Shown: piece after piece, positions 8,500 to 17,894 of the stretch
How the letters are laid out: each line of letters begins with the position of its first letter
Numbering within the stretch: position 1 is the first letter of the stretch
Assembly: GCA_016213845.1 (NCBI GenBank)
Contig: JACQZN010000082.1
Span: 32,431 to 96,430, forward strand
Origin: Candidatus Wallbacteria bacterium
GTDB taxonomy: Bacteria; Muiribacteriota; UBA6191; JACPRK01
Length of the DNA: 64,000 nt
Direction of reading: 5' to 3'
Made by a program: the position numbers and the translations under genes
Notes under the pieces: model-generated
Database searches by the model: none
Told to the model about the DNA's origin: nothing
The model's input: only the letters and a program-made list of their open reading frames with translations

Positions 8500-10817
8500 G
8501 GCTCTGCGCTGAGCGCCGCCAGCAGGCGGGCCGGTGTGATCGGTGCCGTTCGCAGCCGTCTGCCCGTCGCGTTCGCGACGGCGTTGGCGATGGCCGCGGC
8601 GACCGGGATGATCGGGGGCTCGCCGCTGCCTTTGGCGCCGATGTTGTTGGCCGGGTAGGGAGGTGCTGCGTCGATCACCTCGATCTCGGGCGGGGAGTCG
8701 AGGACCGTCGGGATCTTGTAGTCGAGGAGGCCGGCGTTGAGCTGGCGACCGGTGCCCGGGTCGCGGGTGCGTTGCTCGAGCAGCGCATAGCCGATGCCCT
8801 GGAGGACGCCGCCCTGGATCTGGCTCGACCAGGTGGCCGGGTTGAGGACTCTCCCGCAGTCGTGGGCCGAAACGAAGCGCTTCACGCGTACCGTGCCGAA
8901 CCGGCAGTCGACCTCGACCTGCGCGAACTGGGCAGAGAAGCTGGCGAGGACCACGCCGTCGGGATTGGGCCCCCGCTGGGACGTGCCCACGATCATCCTC
9001 GCCGGAAGGCTTGCTGCGATCGAGGCGACGGCCACGCTCTTTCCCGTGACTGCATGACGCACCTTGCCGCGCATGACGAGAAGCGATGACGCGGGCGCCC
9101 CGAGAATGGGACTCGCCGCATCGAGGAGCTGGCGTTTCACCTCTGCGGCCGCGAGGCGAACCGCAGGCCCTGTGGAGGCGACGGTCAGGCTGCCGAAGCT
9201 GGGCAGGCAATAGGGAGTCGTGCGCGTGTCGCCGTTGGCGACGAGCACCGCCGAGACCGCGACACCGAGCTCCTCGGCTGCGATCTGCGTCATGACGGTT
9301 CGCGTGCCGGTGCCGAGGTCGCAGGCGCCCGTGAGCACGACGACGCTGCCGTCCTCGTGGAGCACGATCTGGGCGACGGCGGGCGGACCGCCGCCGGCGC
9401 CCCAGGTGGCGATGGCCACGCCCAGGCCGCTGCGGAATCGGCCGGTCTTGGTCCGGGGCGGCTTCCGGCTGTCCCAGCCGATGGCCTTAGCCCCGAGCCG
9501 CAGGCAGGAGGCGAGCCCGTTGCTGGCATAGGGCAGGCCGGAGTCCGGGTCGTTGGCGCTCAGATTGGCGAGCCTGAGCCGGACGGGGTCGAGCCCGAGC
9601 TCGTCGGCGGCCTCGTCCACGAGCTGTTCGAGCGCGAAGGCGCCCTGCACGTGGCCGGGCGCTCGGAACGCGCTGGGGGGCGGCGAGCTGGTGAGGATGG
9701 CGTAGTTCTCGGTGCGGACGTTTGCGCAGGAGTAGAAGTCCTGCACCGGGCCGACGCAGCTTCCGAAGTAGTGTCCCTCGAGGGCGGAACCCACGGGGTT
9801 GACCGCGCGCGACGTGAGCGCCACGATGCGGCCTCGCCTGGTCAGTCCTATGGCCAACTGCTGGCGTGAGGCTGGCCTGTAAGCACCCGCTTCGAAGTCC
9901 TCCCGTCGTGAGAGCACCATACGGACCGGCCGGCCCGATCGGCGCGCCAGGAGTGCGGCCAGCAGCGTGTAACGGTCCGCCGAGTTCTTGCTTCCGAACC
10001 CGCCCCCCATGAACGGGCAGAGGACGCGCACCCGGGACGCCGGCAGCCCGAGCGCCTCGCAGAGGGCCGATCGGACGAAAAAGACCCCTTGAGTCGATTC
10101 CCAGACGGTCAGTCCGTCCCCGTCCCACGCGGCGACGGCGCCGTGAGTCTCCAGGCAGGCGTGCTGGGCGGCCGGGGTCTCGTAGATCCGCTCGAGCGTG
10201 ACCTCCGCTGCTTCGAGCGCTGCCGGTGCATCGCCCCGCTCGTAAACCTCGGGCTTTCCGGGCGTCTGCGGGCCAAACCCGCCTCCCAGGACGTTGCCTC
10301 CGGGCTGGAGCGCGGGCGCCCCTGGAGCCATCGCATCCTCCGGCTCCAGAACGTGAGGCAGCGGCTCCCAGCGCACCCGGATGAGCGAGAGCGCTTCCTC
10401 GGCCGTCTCCTCGTCCGTGGCGGCCAGCGCGGCGATCTCCTCGCCCGCATACGATGCCTCTGCCGAGAGCACCTCCCGCCCGCCGAGCCGGACTCCGCGC
10501 ACGTCCCCGGGGCCGAGCACGGCCAGCACGCCGGGCAGCTTGGCCGCCGCCGACAGTCCCAGCTCCGCCACGCGGGCCCTGGCGTGCGGGCTGCGGAGCA
10601 CCTTGCCGTACAGCATCCCGGGAAGCTGCACGTCATGCGTGTAACGCGCAGCGCCTGTCACCTTGTCGGGGCCGTCCACGCGTCGCAGCGACTTGCCCAC
10701 GAGGGTCGTCTTGCCCCACGGTGGGAGCTGTCGTTCCATCTGCGCCCGGACCTTGACCTTGCGCCCCTCGATCTCGAGCTCGGTCTCGACGGTTTTCTCG
10801 GCGCAGTCGTCGCTCAT
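8496..10817 (-). CDS. Xanthine dehydrogenase-family molybdopterin-binding subunit (PaoC/YagR-like)
   Basis: RVDGPDKVTGAARYT, MGGGFGSK, AFRAPG, SQIQGGVLQGIG and GAKGSGEPP motifs. Confidence 0.93.
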   Translation of the reverse strand: MSDDCAEKTVETELEIEGRKVKVRAQMERQLPPWGKTTLVGKSLRRVDGPDKVTGAARYTHDVQLPGMLYGKVLRSPHARARVAELGLSAAAKLPGVLAVLGPGDVRGVRLGGREVLSAEASYAGEEIAALAATDEETAEEALSLIRVRWEPLPHVLEPEDAMAPGAPALQPGGNVLGGGFGPQTPGKPEVYERGDAPAALEAAEVTLERIYETPAAQHACLETHGAVAAWDGDGLTVWESTQGVFFVRSALCEALGLPASRVRVLCPFMGGGFGSKNSADRYTLLAALLARRSGRPVRMVLSRREDFEAGAYRPASRQQLAIGLTRRGRIVALTSRAVNPVGSALEGHYFGSCVGPVQDFYSCANVRTENYAILTSSPPPSAFRAPGHVQGAFALEQLVDEAADELGLDPVRLRLANLSANDPDSGLPYASNGLASCLRLGAKAIGWDSRKPPRTKTGRFRSGLGVAIATWGAGGGPPAVAQIVLHEDGSVVVLTGACDLGTGTRTVMTQIAAEELGVAVSAVLVANGDTRTTPYCLPSFGSLTVASTGPAVRLAAAEVKRQLLDAASPILGAPASSLLVMRGKVRHAVTGKSVAVASIAASLPARMIVGTSQRGPNPDGVVLASFSAQFAQVEVDCRFGTVRVKRFVSAHDCGRVLNPATWSSQIQGGVLQGIGYALLEQRTRDPGTGRQLNAGLLDYKIPTVLDSPPEIEVIDAAPPYPANNIGAKGSGEPPIIPVAAAIANAVANATGRRLRTAPITPARLLAALSAEP

Positions 10818-11341
10818 CTTTCAGGCTCCCGCCTGGCCGCCGCCGCGCGCAGCACGGCCGTCGCAATCTTCACGTAGCAGCCGCACCGGCAGAGGTTGCC
10901 GGAAAGCGCCCGCCGGACGCACTCCCGGTCCGGGGACGGCTCGGCGTCGAGCAGCGCCTTGGCCGCCAGGATCTGCCCCGGGATGCAGAAGCCGCACTGC
11001 AGTGCGTCATCGGCCAGAAAGGCCTCCTGGAGGGGATCGAGCCGCTCCGGCGTGCCCAGTCCCTCGATCGTCATGACGCGCCTTCCCGAGGTCTCTGCGG
11101 CGAGTACGCAGCAGGCGTAGACGGCCACTCCGTCGAGCAGAACCGTGCATGCGCCGCACTCCCCGGCGTTGCATCCTTCCTTCGCGCCCGTCAGTCCGGC
11201 CGACTTCCGGAGGAACTCGAGCAGGGTCCAGTGGTCCGGAACCGACGCGCGCGTGACACGCCCGTTGAGCTCGAGCTCGATCTGGGTGACGTGCCGCGCC
11301 GCCGGTGACTTCGCCGATCTCGTGGCCGCGCGCCTCGCCAT
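10814..11341 (-). CDS. (2Fe-2S)-binding small subunit of the molybdo-flavoenzyme
   Basis: GCNAGECGACTV, QCGFCIPG and GNLCRCG motifs. Confidence 0.93.
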   Translation of the reverse strand: MARRAATRSAKSPAARHVTQIELELNGRVTRASVPDHWTLLEFLRKSAGLTGAKEGCNAGECGACTVLLDGVAVYACCVLAAETSGRRVMTIEGLGTPERLDPLQEAFLADDALQCGFCIPGQILAAKALLDAEPSPDRECVRRALSGNLCRCGCYVKIATAVLRAAAARREPER

Positions 11342-11351
11342 CGTCCGCCGC

Positions 11352-12416
11352 CTAGAGGAGCTTGGCCAGCAGATCCTGGTCGTTGATCCGCTTGGCCACG
11401 TCTTCGATGTCGATCATCCCTTGCGCCAGGAACTTGCGGAGCTCTTGCTCCAGGCTCTGCATTCCGTACTTCAAGCCGGTCTGGATGATGGTCGGGATCT
11501 GGTGCAGCTTCTCCTCGCGAATCAGGGAGCGGATGGCCGGGGTGCACACCATGATCTCCTGCACGGCCACTCGTCCGGGCTTGTCCTTGCGCGGGATGAG
11601 CAGCTGGGCCACGACGCCCTGGAGGCTGTCGGCCAGCATCGCTCGGATCTGGCCCTTCTCGCCGGCCGGGAACACATCGATGATGCGCGTCACGGTCTTG
11701 GGCGCGCTGTTGGTGTGCAACGTCCCGAACACGAGGTGGCCGGTCTCGGCGGCCGTCAGCGCCAGGCTGATCGTCTCCATGTCCCGCATCTCGCCCACCA
11801 GGATGCAGTCGGGGTCTTCGCGCAGCGCTGACTTGAGGGCGTTGGCAAAGCTGAGCGTGCTGTTGCCGACCTCACGCTGGTTGATGAGGCTCTGGCGACT
11901 CGGGTGGACGAACTCGATGGGGTCCTCCACCGTGATGATGTGGCGCTTGTGGTTGCGGTTGATGTCGTCGATCATTGCCGCCAGCGTCGTCGACTTGCCG
12001 CTTCCGGTGGGACCCGTCACGACGACCAGGCCCTTCTCCAGGGCGGCCAGCTTGCGGCAGGCTTCCGGGAGTCCGAGCTGCTCGAAGGTCTTGATCTCGG
12101 TGGGAATGACGCGGAAGACTGCCGCCAGGCCGTTGCGGTTCCAGAAGATGTTGCCGCGGAAACGGGCGACGTTGGGGATCTCCAGGGCGAAGTCGAGCTC
12201 CTTCTTCGTCTCGAGGGTCTTGGCCCGCTCGGGCGTGAGGGCCTGCACGAGGATGCCCTTGACCGCCTCGGCCGACTGCGGGTCCGGGCCGGCCATCTCG
12301 ACGGGGGTCAGGTGGCCGTTGAGCCGTGTGACCATGATCGCCCCGGAGGAGATGTGGAGGTCGGAGGAGCCGGAGGTCTTGGTGTAGGTGAGGAGGTCTG
12401 CGAGTTTCAGCGTCAC
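11352..12416 (-). CDS. pilT: Type IV pilus retraction ATPase PilT
   Basis: SSDLHI, GPTGSGKSTT, TVEDPIE, LREDPDCILVGEMRD, TGHLVFGTLH and AIRSLIRE motifs. Confidence 0.95.
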   Translation of the reverse strand: MTLKLADLLTYTKTSGSSDLHISSGAIMVTRLNGHLTPVEMAGPDPQSAEAVKGILVQALTPERAKTLETKKELDFALEIPNVARFRGNIFWNRNGLAAVFRVIPTEIKTFEQLGLPEACRKLAALEKGLVVVTGPTGSGKSTTLAAMIDDINRNHKRHIITVEDPIEFVHPSRQSLINQREVGNSTLSFANALKSALREDPDCILVGEMRDMETISLALTAAETGHLVFGTLHTNSAPKTVTRIIDVFPAGEKGQIRAMLADSLQGVVAQLLIPRKDKPGRVAVQEIMVCTPAIRSLIREEKLHQIPTIIQTGLKYGMQSLEQELRKFLAQGMIDIEDVAKRINDQDLLAKLL

Positions 12417-14008
12417 GACAGCTCCTCCAGGCCGATCCGGCCCGAGGTGACCCAGGCGATCTCGGCGCAGTCACGGTCGGCCAGGCGTACCGCATCGGCG
12501 AGGCGACCCTCACGCAACGCCGCGCGGGCGCGGGGCGTGATGACGAGGCGTTCGGCCAGGAGCAGGCGGCCGGCGTGGCCCGTCCCCTTGCAGGCATCGC
12601 ATCCGGGCGCCTCGAACCAGCCGCCTTCGGCGAGTGCCGAGGCGTGGAGCTCCTCGAGATGTCCGAGAAGCTGGCGCTTCTCGGTGGTATCGACCGGGGT
12701 CCGGCAGCTCTCACAAAGCTGGGCCACGGCGCGCACGGCGACGGCTGTCCCGGCGGTTGCGGCGACCAGGGCCCGGCGGCTCTCGCCGGTCGAGAACATC
12801 TGCGCCACAACGTCCGCGGCCCGCCGATAGCCGAGCTCGATCAGGATGCACGGGCCTGCCACCGATGCTTCGAGTGCCGCGCTCAGATCGTCGGGGTTGG
12901 GCGCCAGGTGGATCACGTCCGGCGCCAACGCCAGCGCGCTCGCCAGCCGATCGGCAAAGGGGCGATTCGAGGCCGGCAGCTCCAGCACGCCCGTGGCGGA
13001 AGCGGTCTGCAGCGTGACGACCTTCAGGCCAGCTGCGGCTGCGGCACCGAGCAACGCGGTGCCGAGCCCGGCGCACTCGGGAATGCCGCGCGGTGCTCCG
13101 AGACCGACGAGCTGTCCGGCGCGACCCAGGTCCGCGACGATGCGCGCCGCCAGCGCTGCGTCGCCCAGGATCTCTTCGGCCGAACGGGAGCCCGCGCCGC
13201 TGGCGACCGGGTCGATCCGGATGACGGCAGATCCGCCGCCGGCCGTCGGGGTGTAGGAGAAGGTCATCTCGACGTCCTTGCCCCCGAGCTGCGAGCGGAC
13301 GCCCGGCTTCAGGTACTCGCCCAGGTCGAACGGATCGACGCCTGCGAGCACGCGCAGCCGGGTGAACACGGAGAGCGCCATCATCGCCGGGAGGGTGGCC
13401 TTGGAGAGCAAGCGGCTTCCGACGCGGAAGCGGACGCGCAGTCCCTCCGGGTCGGAGTCGAAATGAATCTGGCGCGCGCCCTCGGCTGCGGCGCCCAGAA
13501 GCTGTTGGTAGACCAGCGCGATTCCGGTGCCGTCCTCTACCGCCACGGCCGTCGCCTCGGCCTCCGCGGATTGCCGTCCAAGGATGGCTCGCAGGATCTC
13601 ACTCACGTTTCCCTTGGCAGCGATGGAGACGTTCAGTGGCTTGGACGAGACCCTTCCGAGCATCTCGTGGGCCGCCTGGTCCCAGGGATCGACCATCGCC
13701 ACGCTGAGCTCCTCGGCGTCCTCGAAGAGCGGCACGACGCCGTGCTTGACGAGCGCGCCGCCGGAGAAGCGCCGCGCCAGGTCGCGATCGACCATGTCGG
13801 CGGACAGGTGCAAGTACGGGAGGCCGGTCTCGCCGCTCACGGCGAAGTGGATCTGGTCCTCGGTGATCATTCCGAGGCCGATGACGACTTCGGCGAACTT
13901 CGGGCCCTCGGCACCGCGCTTCTTGGCCTCGTCGAGCTGGTCCTGCGAAAGGAAGCCCCTGGAAAGCAGGAGCGGGGGAAGGTCTGGCCGCGCTGGCAGG
14001 TTCGTCAT
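12413..14008 (-). CDS. GspE/PilB-like protein with degenerate ATPase motifs
   Basis: MshEN/T2SSE_N-like N-terminus (LLLSRGFLSQDQL...VAMVDP), VRFRVG, and Zn-site CESC...CDACKGTG. Walker A, Walker B and His box are not intact. Confidence 0.8.
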   Translation of the reverse strand: MTNLPARPDLPPLLLSRGFLSQDQLDEAKKRGAEGPKFAEVVIGLGMITEDQIHFAVSGETGLPYLHLSADMVDRDLARRFSGGALVKHGVVPLFEDAEELSVAMVDPWDQAAHEMLGRVSSKPLNVSIAAKGNVSEILRAILGRQSAEAEATAVAVEDGTGIALVYQQLLGAAAEGARQIHFDSDPEGLRVRFRVGSRLLSKATLPAMMALSVFTRLRVLAGVDPFDLGEYLKPGVRSQLGGKDVEMTFSYTPTAGGGSAVIRIDPVASGAGSRSAEEILGDAALAARIVADLGRAGQLVGLGAPRGIPECAGLGTALLGAAAAAGLKVVTLQTASATGVLELPASNRPFADRLASALALAPDVIHLAPNPDDLSAALEASVAGPCILIELGYRRAADVVAQMFSTGESRRALVAATAGTAVAVRAVAQLCESCRTPVDTTEKRQLLGHLEELHASALAEGGWFEAPGCDACKGTGHAGRLLLAERLVITPRARAALREGRLADAVRLADRDCAEIAWVTSGRIGLEELS

Positions 14009-14014
14009 CGCTGG

Positions 14015-14401
14015 TCAGGGTTTCTGCGTCAGGCGGGCGATGTGGCCGAGCAGGGCAGCCTCGTCGGCAGGCTTGTCCATGTAGACGGCGGCGCCCAGGC
14101 CGGCACCGATGTCGCGGAAGGTCTGCTCGTTCTTGGTCGTCAGCATGATGACGGGGATTCCTTTGGTGGAATCGTTGCCCTTCAGGGTCATCAAGGCGGT
14201 GTAGCCGTCCATCTTCGGCATCATCACGTCGAGCAGGATCAGGTCCGGCAATTCCTTCTTGGCCAGATCCACCGCGACGGAACCATCTTCGGCCTCCAGG
14301 ACCTGGAAGCCCGCCGCCGAGAGAAGGTCGGTCATCTGGGTCCGGTAGAGGAGACTGTCGTCAGCGACGAGGATCTTCAGCGTGCGCGCGCCATCGGTCA
14401 T
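14015..14401 (-). CDS. Single-domain response regulator (CheY/PilH-like)
   Basis: ILVADDS, LILLDVMMP, IPVIMLT and KP motifs; AGGAGG SD upstream. Confidence 0.92.
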   Translation of the reverse strand: MTDGARTLKILVADDSLLYRTQMTDLLSAAGFQVLEAEDGSVAVDLAKKELPDLILLDVMMPKMDGYTALMTLKGNDSTKGIPVIMLTTKNEQTFRDIGAGLGAAVYMDKPADEAALLGHIARLTQKP

Positions 14402-14532
14402 CGGTTTGAAAACCTCCTGGGCCGGCTTGCCACGATTGCCGGCTCGACACTTCGTAGCAGAGCGGCGCAGGCGGCGTCAACCGCGGTACCGACTGTGGGT
14501 GTGTCGGAAGGGCCGAATCGAGGGCAATCTCC

Positions 14533-14538
14533 TATAAT
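14533..14538 (+). promoter_or_regulatory. Consensus -10 box (TATAAT) 6 nt before GTG 14545; probable leaderless promoter
   Basis: Perfect TATAAT in a GC-rich background with no SD between it and the start codon. Confidence 0.65.
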
Positions 14539-14544
14539 GAAAGA

Positions 14545-15396
14545 GTGGACGGCGACGCGGACGGGCTGCGCGGGGCGTTTGCGGAGGCTGTCGGGTGCCG
14601 CGACGAGGCGATCGACCTGGCTCGCGCTGCGCTCTTGATCGCCCAGCGGGAGTATCGGGGGCTGGACGTCGGTGCCTACATGGCGCGGATTGACGGGATG
14701 GCGGACGCGATCCGGTCCCGGCTGCCCAGAGGTGCGCGCGCGGACCGGATCACCTCCGAGATGAACCGCTACCTCTTCGAAGAGCTGGGCCTCAAGGGCA
14801 ACGCGGCCGACTACTACGATCCGCGCAACAGCTTTCTGAACGACGTGATCGACCGGAAGCTGGGGATTCCCATCACGCTCTGCATTCTCTATATGGAGGT
14901 TGGCCGGAGGCTGGGTGTGCGGCTCGACGGGATCTCGTTTCCGGGCCACTTCCTGGTGAAGCTGCGGCTGCCCGACGGCGATCTCATCCTCGATCCCTAC
15001 CATCGGGGGATGGTGCTGGACGAGGACGCGCTGCAGCGGCAGATCGACGAGGCGCTCAGTCCGCTGCCGCCGGCCGAGGAGCGGGTGCAGAAGTGGCTCG
15101 TCTCGGCCACCAAGCGGGACGTGCTGGCCCGGATGCTGCGCAATCTGAAGGCGATCTACACCAGCGCCAACGACCTGGAGCGCGCGCTGGGCGCCGCCGA
15201 CTGGATACTGGTGGCGACGCCGGATGTGCCCGCTGAAGTCCGCGACCGCGCGACCCTGCACGACCGGCTGCAGCACGGGCCGGCCGCTTTGACGGACTAC
15301 GTGCGTTACCTGAAGCTGGCGCCCGACGCCGACGACACGGACGAAGTCCGGGCGCGCGTGGAGCAGCTGCGCAAGAGCTTCGGCGTGCTGAACTGA
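14545..15396 (+). CDS. SirB1/YchA-family transglutaminase-like + TPR protein
   Basis: GNAADYYDPRNSFLNDVIDRKLGIPITL, FPGHFLV and RMLRNLK motifs, plus a C-terminal TPR. Confidence 0.92.
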   Translation: MDGDADGLRGAFAEAVGCRDEAIDLARAALLIAQREYRGLDVGAYMARIDGMADAIRSRLPRGARADRITSEMNRYLFEELGLKGNAADYYDPRNSFLNDVIDRKLGIPITLCILYMEVGRRLGVRLDGISFPGHFLVKLRLPDGDLILDPYHRGMVLDEDALQRQIDEALSPLPPAEERVQKWLVSATKRDVLARMLRNLKAIYTSANDLERALGAADWILVATPDVPAEVRDRATLHDRLQHGPAALTDYVRYLKLAPDADDTDEVRARVEQLRKSFGVLN

Positions 15397-15412
15397 GAGG
15401 AAGAGGGCGGGG

Positions 15413-17830
15413 CTACTTTCGCAGGGGGAGAGTGAAGGCGCCGATGCCTTCGCGGTGGTTGACGATCAGGGCCACGATGCGTTCGGGCAGGACCACGAAG
15501 CGGACGACCTTCGGGACCAGCATCGGGAGTACGACCTTTCCGGCCGGCTCCCAGGAGACCAGGTCGCGAGAGCGGTAGAAAACGACGATGGCGGGGCCGG
15601 CGGGATGGGTGATGTCGAGCGTGACGCCGGCGACGTAGACGGTGCCGCCGGCGATGGCGACGGCGGGCTCCCACTGGAGGTACTTCTCACGGAAGGGGAC
15701 CGCGACCGTTCGGAACGCGGCGCCGTCGTCCTGGCTGACGCAGAGCCGCACGCCGGCGGGCACGGAGTAGGCGACGGCAACGGTGCCGTTGGCGGCGGCG
15801 GCGTCGACGTCACTCTTCATGCCTTCGTCGTAGGCGACGAGGCTTCGAACGGGCGCCCACGGACCCTGATCGGGGTCGAGGGTGTGAGTCCACAGGAGCG
15901 TCTTCCTGTCGTCGTCGTCTTCGAGCTGGGAGAAAGCGAGCAGGCGGCGGCCGCTGTGCAGCAGGATGGCGCAGGTCCGGGAGGCGTGCCGGTGCACGAG
16001 CTGGGTGGAGGCCTTGCCCGAGCGCAGCGTCCTGCGGGCGGAGTCGACGTCGGCCCATCGGATGCTCACGTCGTTGCCAGGTGCCCACGGGCCGAAGGTG
16101 AGCAGATCGAAGCGACCGCCGCCCGCGGGCGCCAGGCCGGGATCGTGGAGCGAGCCGAAGGTTTCGAGGGGCGGGCTCCAGGCTGGCTGGTCCGGCCGCC
16201 GGAAGCGGATTTGCACCGTATCGCCCGCGGGCTTCGCGAGCACCCACGCGACGGCGGCGCTTGTGCCGTCGGCGGCCAGCGCGATTCTGCTGTTCGCGCC
16301 GGGGTCGTCGGGGAGGGTCTGGGGCTCGGTCCAGGTGACGCCGCCGTCTGGGCTCTCGGCCGTACAGATGAGCTTCCTGGTCTCGAGGTCCCTTCGCCAC
16401 GCCGCGTAAATCGTCTCGCCGGCGGCTGCGATGGCACAGGCATTGTCGGGTTTGATCGAATCGACATAGGTGGCCGTGCCTCCTCCGAGGTCGGCGACTC
16501 GCCGGGTCCGGAAGGCGAGATGGGCGCGGCCGCCGGGCCATTCGAGCGCGCCCGTGTACGCGGTGTCGGGCTTCAGTCCCGCGACCATGGCGCTCTTCGC
16601 GTTATCGCTTATGGGGAGGCGGGACCAGGACGGCGTAGAGGAGCCGGAAGGTCCGAAGGATAGGATGAGTTGTTTTGGGATGCCGCCGGCGAGCCAGACG
16701 CGGGCACGGTCGTGGGAGGTCGACACCTGGGCGACCCGCGGGGGAGTGGGCGCCGGCTTCGCCACGGCTGGTGGAGCCTCCGCCGGAGCGGGGGGCGGAG
16801 GCTCCTGGCGGCGAGGCCATGCGGCCGCCGCGGCCAGAACCAGGGCGAGCCCCACGGCCGCGGCAAGCGGGGCGCGCTTTCCGCCGGCAGCAGCTACGAA
16901 GGGCGGCGTCGCGCTCGGGAGCTCCCGCGAGGAGCGCGTCCGAGCGACGGCGCTCTGGAGCTGGCCGCTGCCCCGGCTCACACGCGTGGCCGCGCGCACG
17001 GCTCTCGGAGCCTTCAACGCCTGGGGTGTCAGCGCCGCCAGCTCGGAGGCCAGCTCGTCGGCTGAGGGGCGGCTGGTCGGCTCCGGCGCAAGGCAACGTA
17101 GGACCAGCTGTCCGAGCGCCGGTGGAAGGGGCGAAGTCAGCCGGGCCAGCTCCTGGGAATCGCGGCGCAGCTGGGCCGACACCTCCTCCTGCATGTCGGC
17201 GGCGGCGAACGGGCGATGGCCCAGCAGCAGCTCGAAAAGGATCACGCCCAGCGCGTAGACGTCTGCAGCCGCGGTGGCGGGTTTGCCCCGGAGAACCTCG
17301 GGCGCCATGTAACCCGGAGTGCCGAGCAGGACGCCGGCCGCCGTCTTCAGGGAGCCGCCCTCGAGCTGGGCCTTGGCGAGGCCGAAATCGGCGACTTTCA
17401 CCACGTCCTCGCCGGTCAAGAGCAGGTTCTCGGGCTTGAGGTCCCGGTGGACGATGCCCGCATTGTGGGCGTGCGCCATCGCGGCGGCTGCGGCGCCCAG
17501 CCACGAGGCGGCTTCTCGAGGGGGACGCGCTCCCAGACGCTCCAGACGGTCCCGGATGGAGCCGCCGGTCACCAGTTCGCAGACGAGGTACGGCCGGTCC
17601 TCGGTGAACCCGGCGTCGAAGAGGGCCAGCAGGTTCGGGTGGGAGAGGCCTGCCTGGATGCGGGCTTCACGGAGGAAGCGGACACGGGTCTCCTCGGCGT
17701 CGAAGAGGCCGGGGGCCAGCAGCTTGATCGCCACGGGCCGGGAGAGGCCCGTCTGGACGGCTCGGTAGACGGTGGCCGAGGCCCCGGAAGCCAGTTCGGT
17801 CTCGATTGTGTATCCGGGGATTGTGACCAC
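15413..17830 (-). CDS. Membrane Ser/Thr protein kinase with extracytoplasmic Fn3-like and BNR/sialidase-like region
   Basis: VAIK, HRDLKPEN, DFG and GTPGYMAPE motifs; TM AVGLALVLAAAAAW; Asp-boxes SPDGGVTW, SQDDGAAF, SRDLVSW. Confidence 0.92.
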   Translation of the reverse strand: MVTIPGYTIETELASGASATVYRAVQTGLSRPVAIKLLAPGLFDAEETRVRFLREARIQAGLSHPNLLALFDAGFTEDRPYLVCELVTGGSIRDRLERLGARPPREAASWLGAAAAAMAHAHNAGIVHRDLKPENLLLTGEDVVKVADFGLAKAQLEGGSLKTAAGVLLGTPGYMAPEVLRGKPATAAADVYALGVILFELLLGHRPFAAADMQEEVSAQLRRDSQELARLTSPLPPALGQLVLRCLAPEPTSRPSADELASELAALTPQALKAPRAVRAATRVSRGSGQLQSAVARTRSSRELPSATPPFVAAAGGKRAPLAAAVGLALVLAAAAAWPRRQEPPPPAPAEAPPAVAKPAPTPPRVAQVSTSHDRARVWLAGGIPKQLILSFGPSGSSTPSWSRLPISDNAKSAMVAGLKPDTAYTGALEWPGGRAHLAFRTRRVADLGGGTATYVDSIKPDNACAIAAAGETIYAAWRRDLETRKLICTAESPDGGVTWTEPQTLPDDPGANSRIALAADGTSAAVAWVLAKPAGDTVQIRFRRPDQPAWSPPLETFGSLHDPGLAPAGGGRFDLLTFGPWAPGNDVSIRWADVDSARRTLRSGKASTQLVHRHASRTCAILLHSGRRLLAFSQLEDDDDRKTLLWTHTLDPDQGPWAPVRSLVAYDEGMKSDVDAAAANGTVAVAYSVPAGVRLCVSQDDGAAFRTVAVPFREKYLQWEPAVAIAGGTVYVAGVTLDITHPAGPAIVVFYRSRDLVSWEPAGKVVLPMLVPKVVRFVVLPERIVALIVNHREGIGAFTLPLRK

Positions 17831-17894
17831 GGTTCGATTCTACAGTCGACCGGCTTGCCATGCGGGCAGTGCTGCGGGTGTATGATGGCATGGG

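Noticed and set aside
8496..10817. Aerobic CO dehydrogenase large subunit
   Set aside because: The active-site loop is AFRAPG, not AYRCSFR (form I) or AYRGAGR (form II).
11290..11341. Tat signal on the 2Fe-2S subunit (MARRAA)
   Set aside because: The RR pair is not followed by a hydrophobic h-region.
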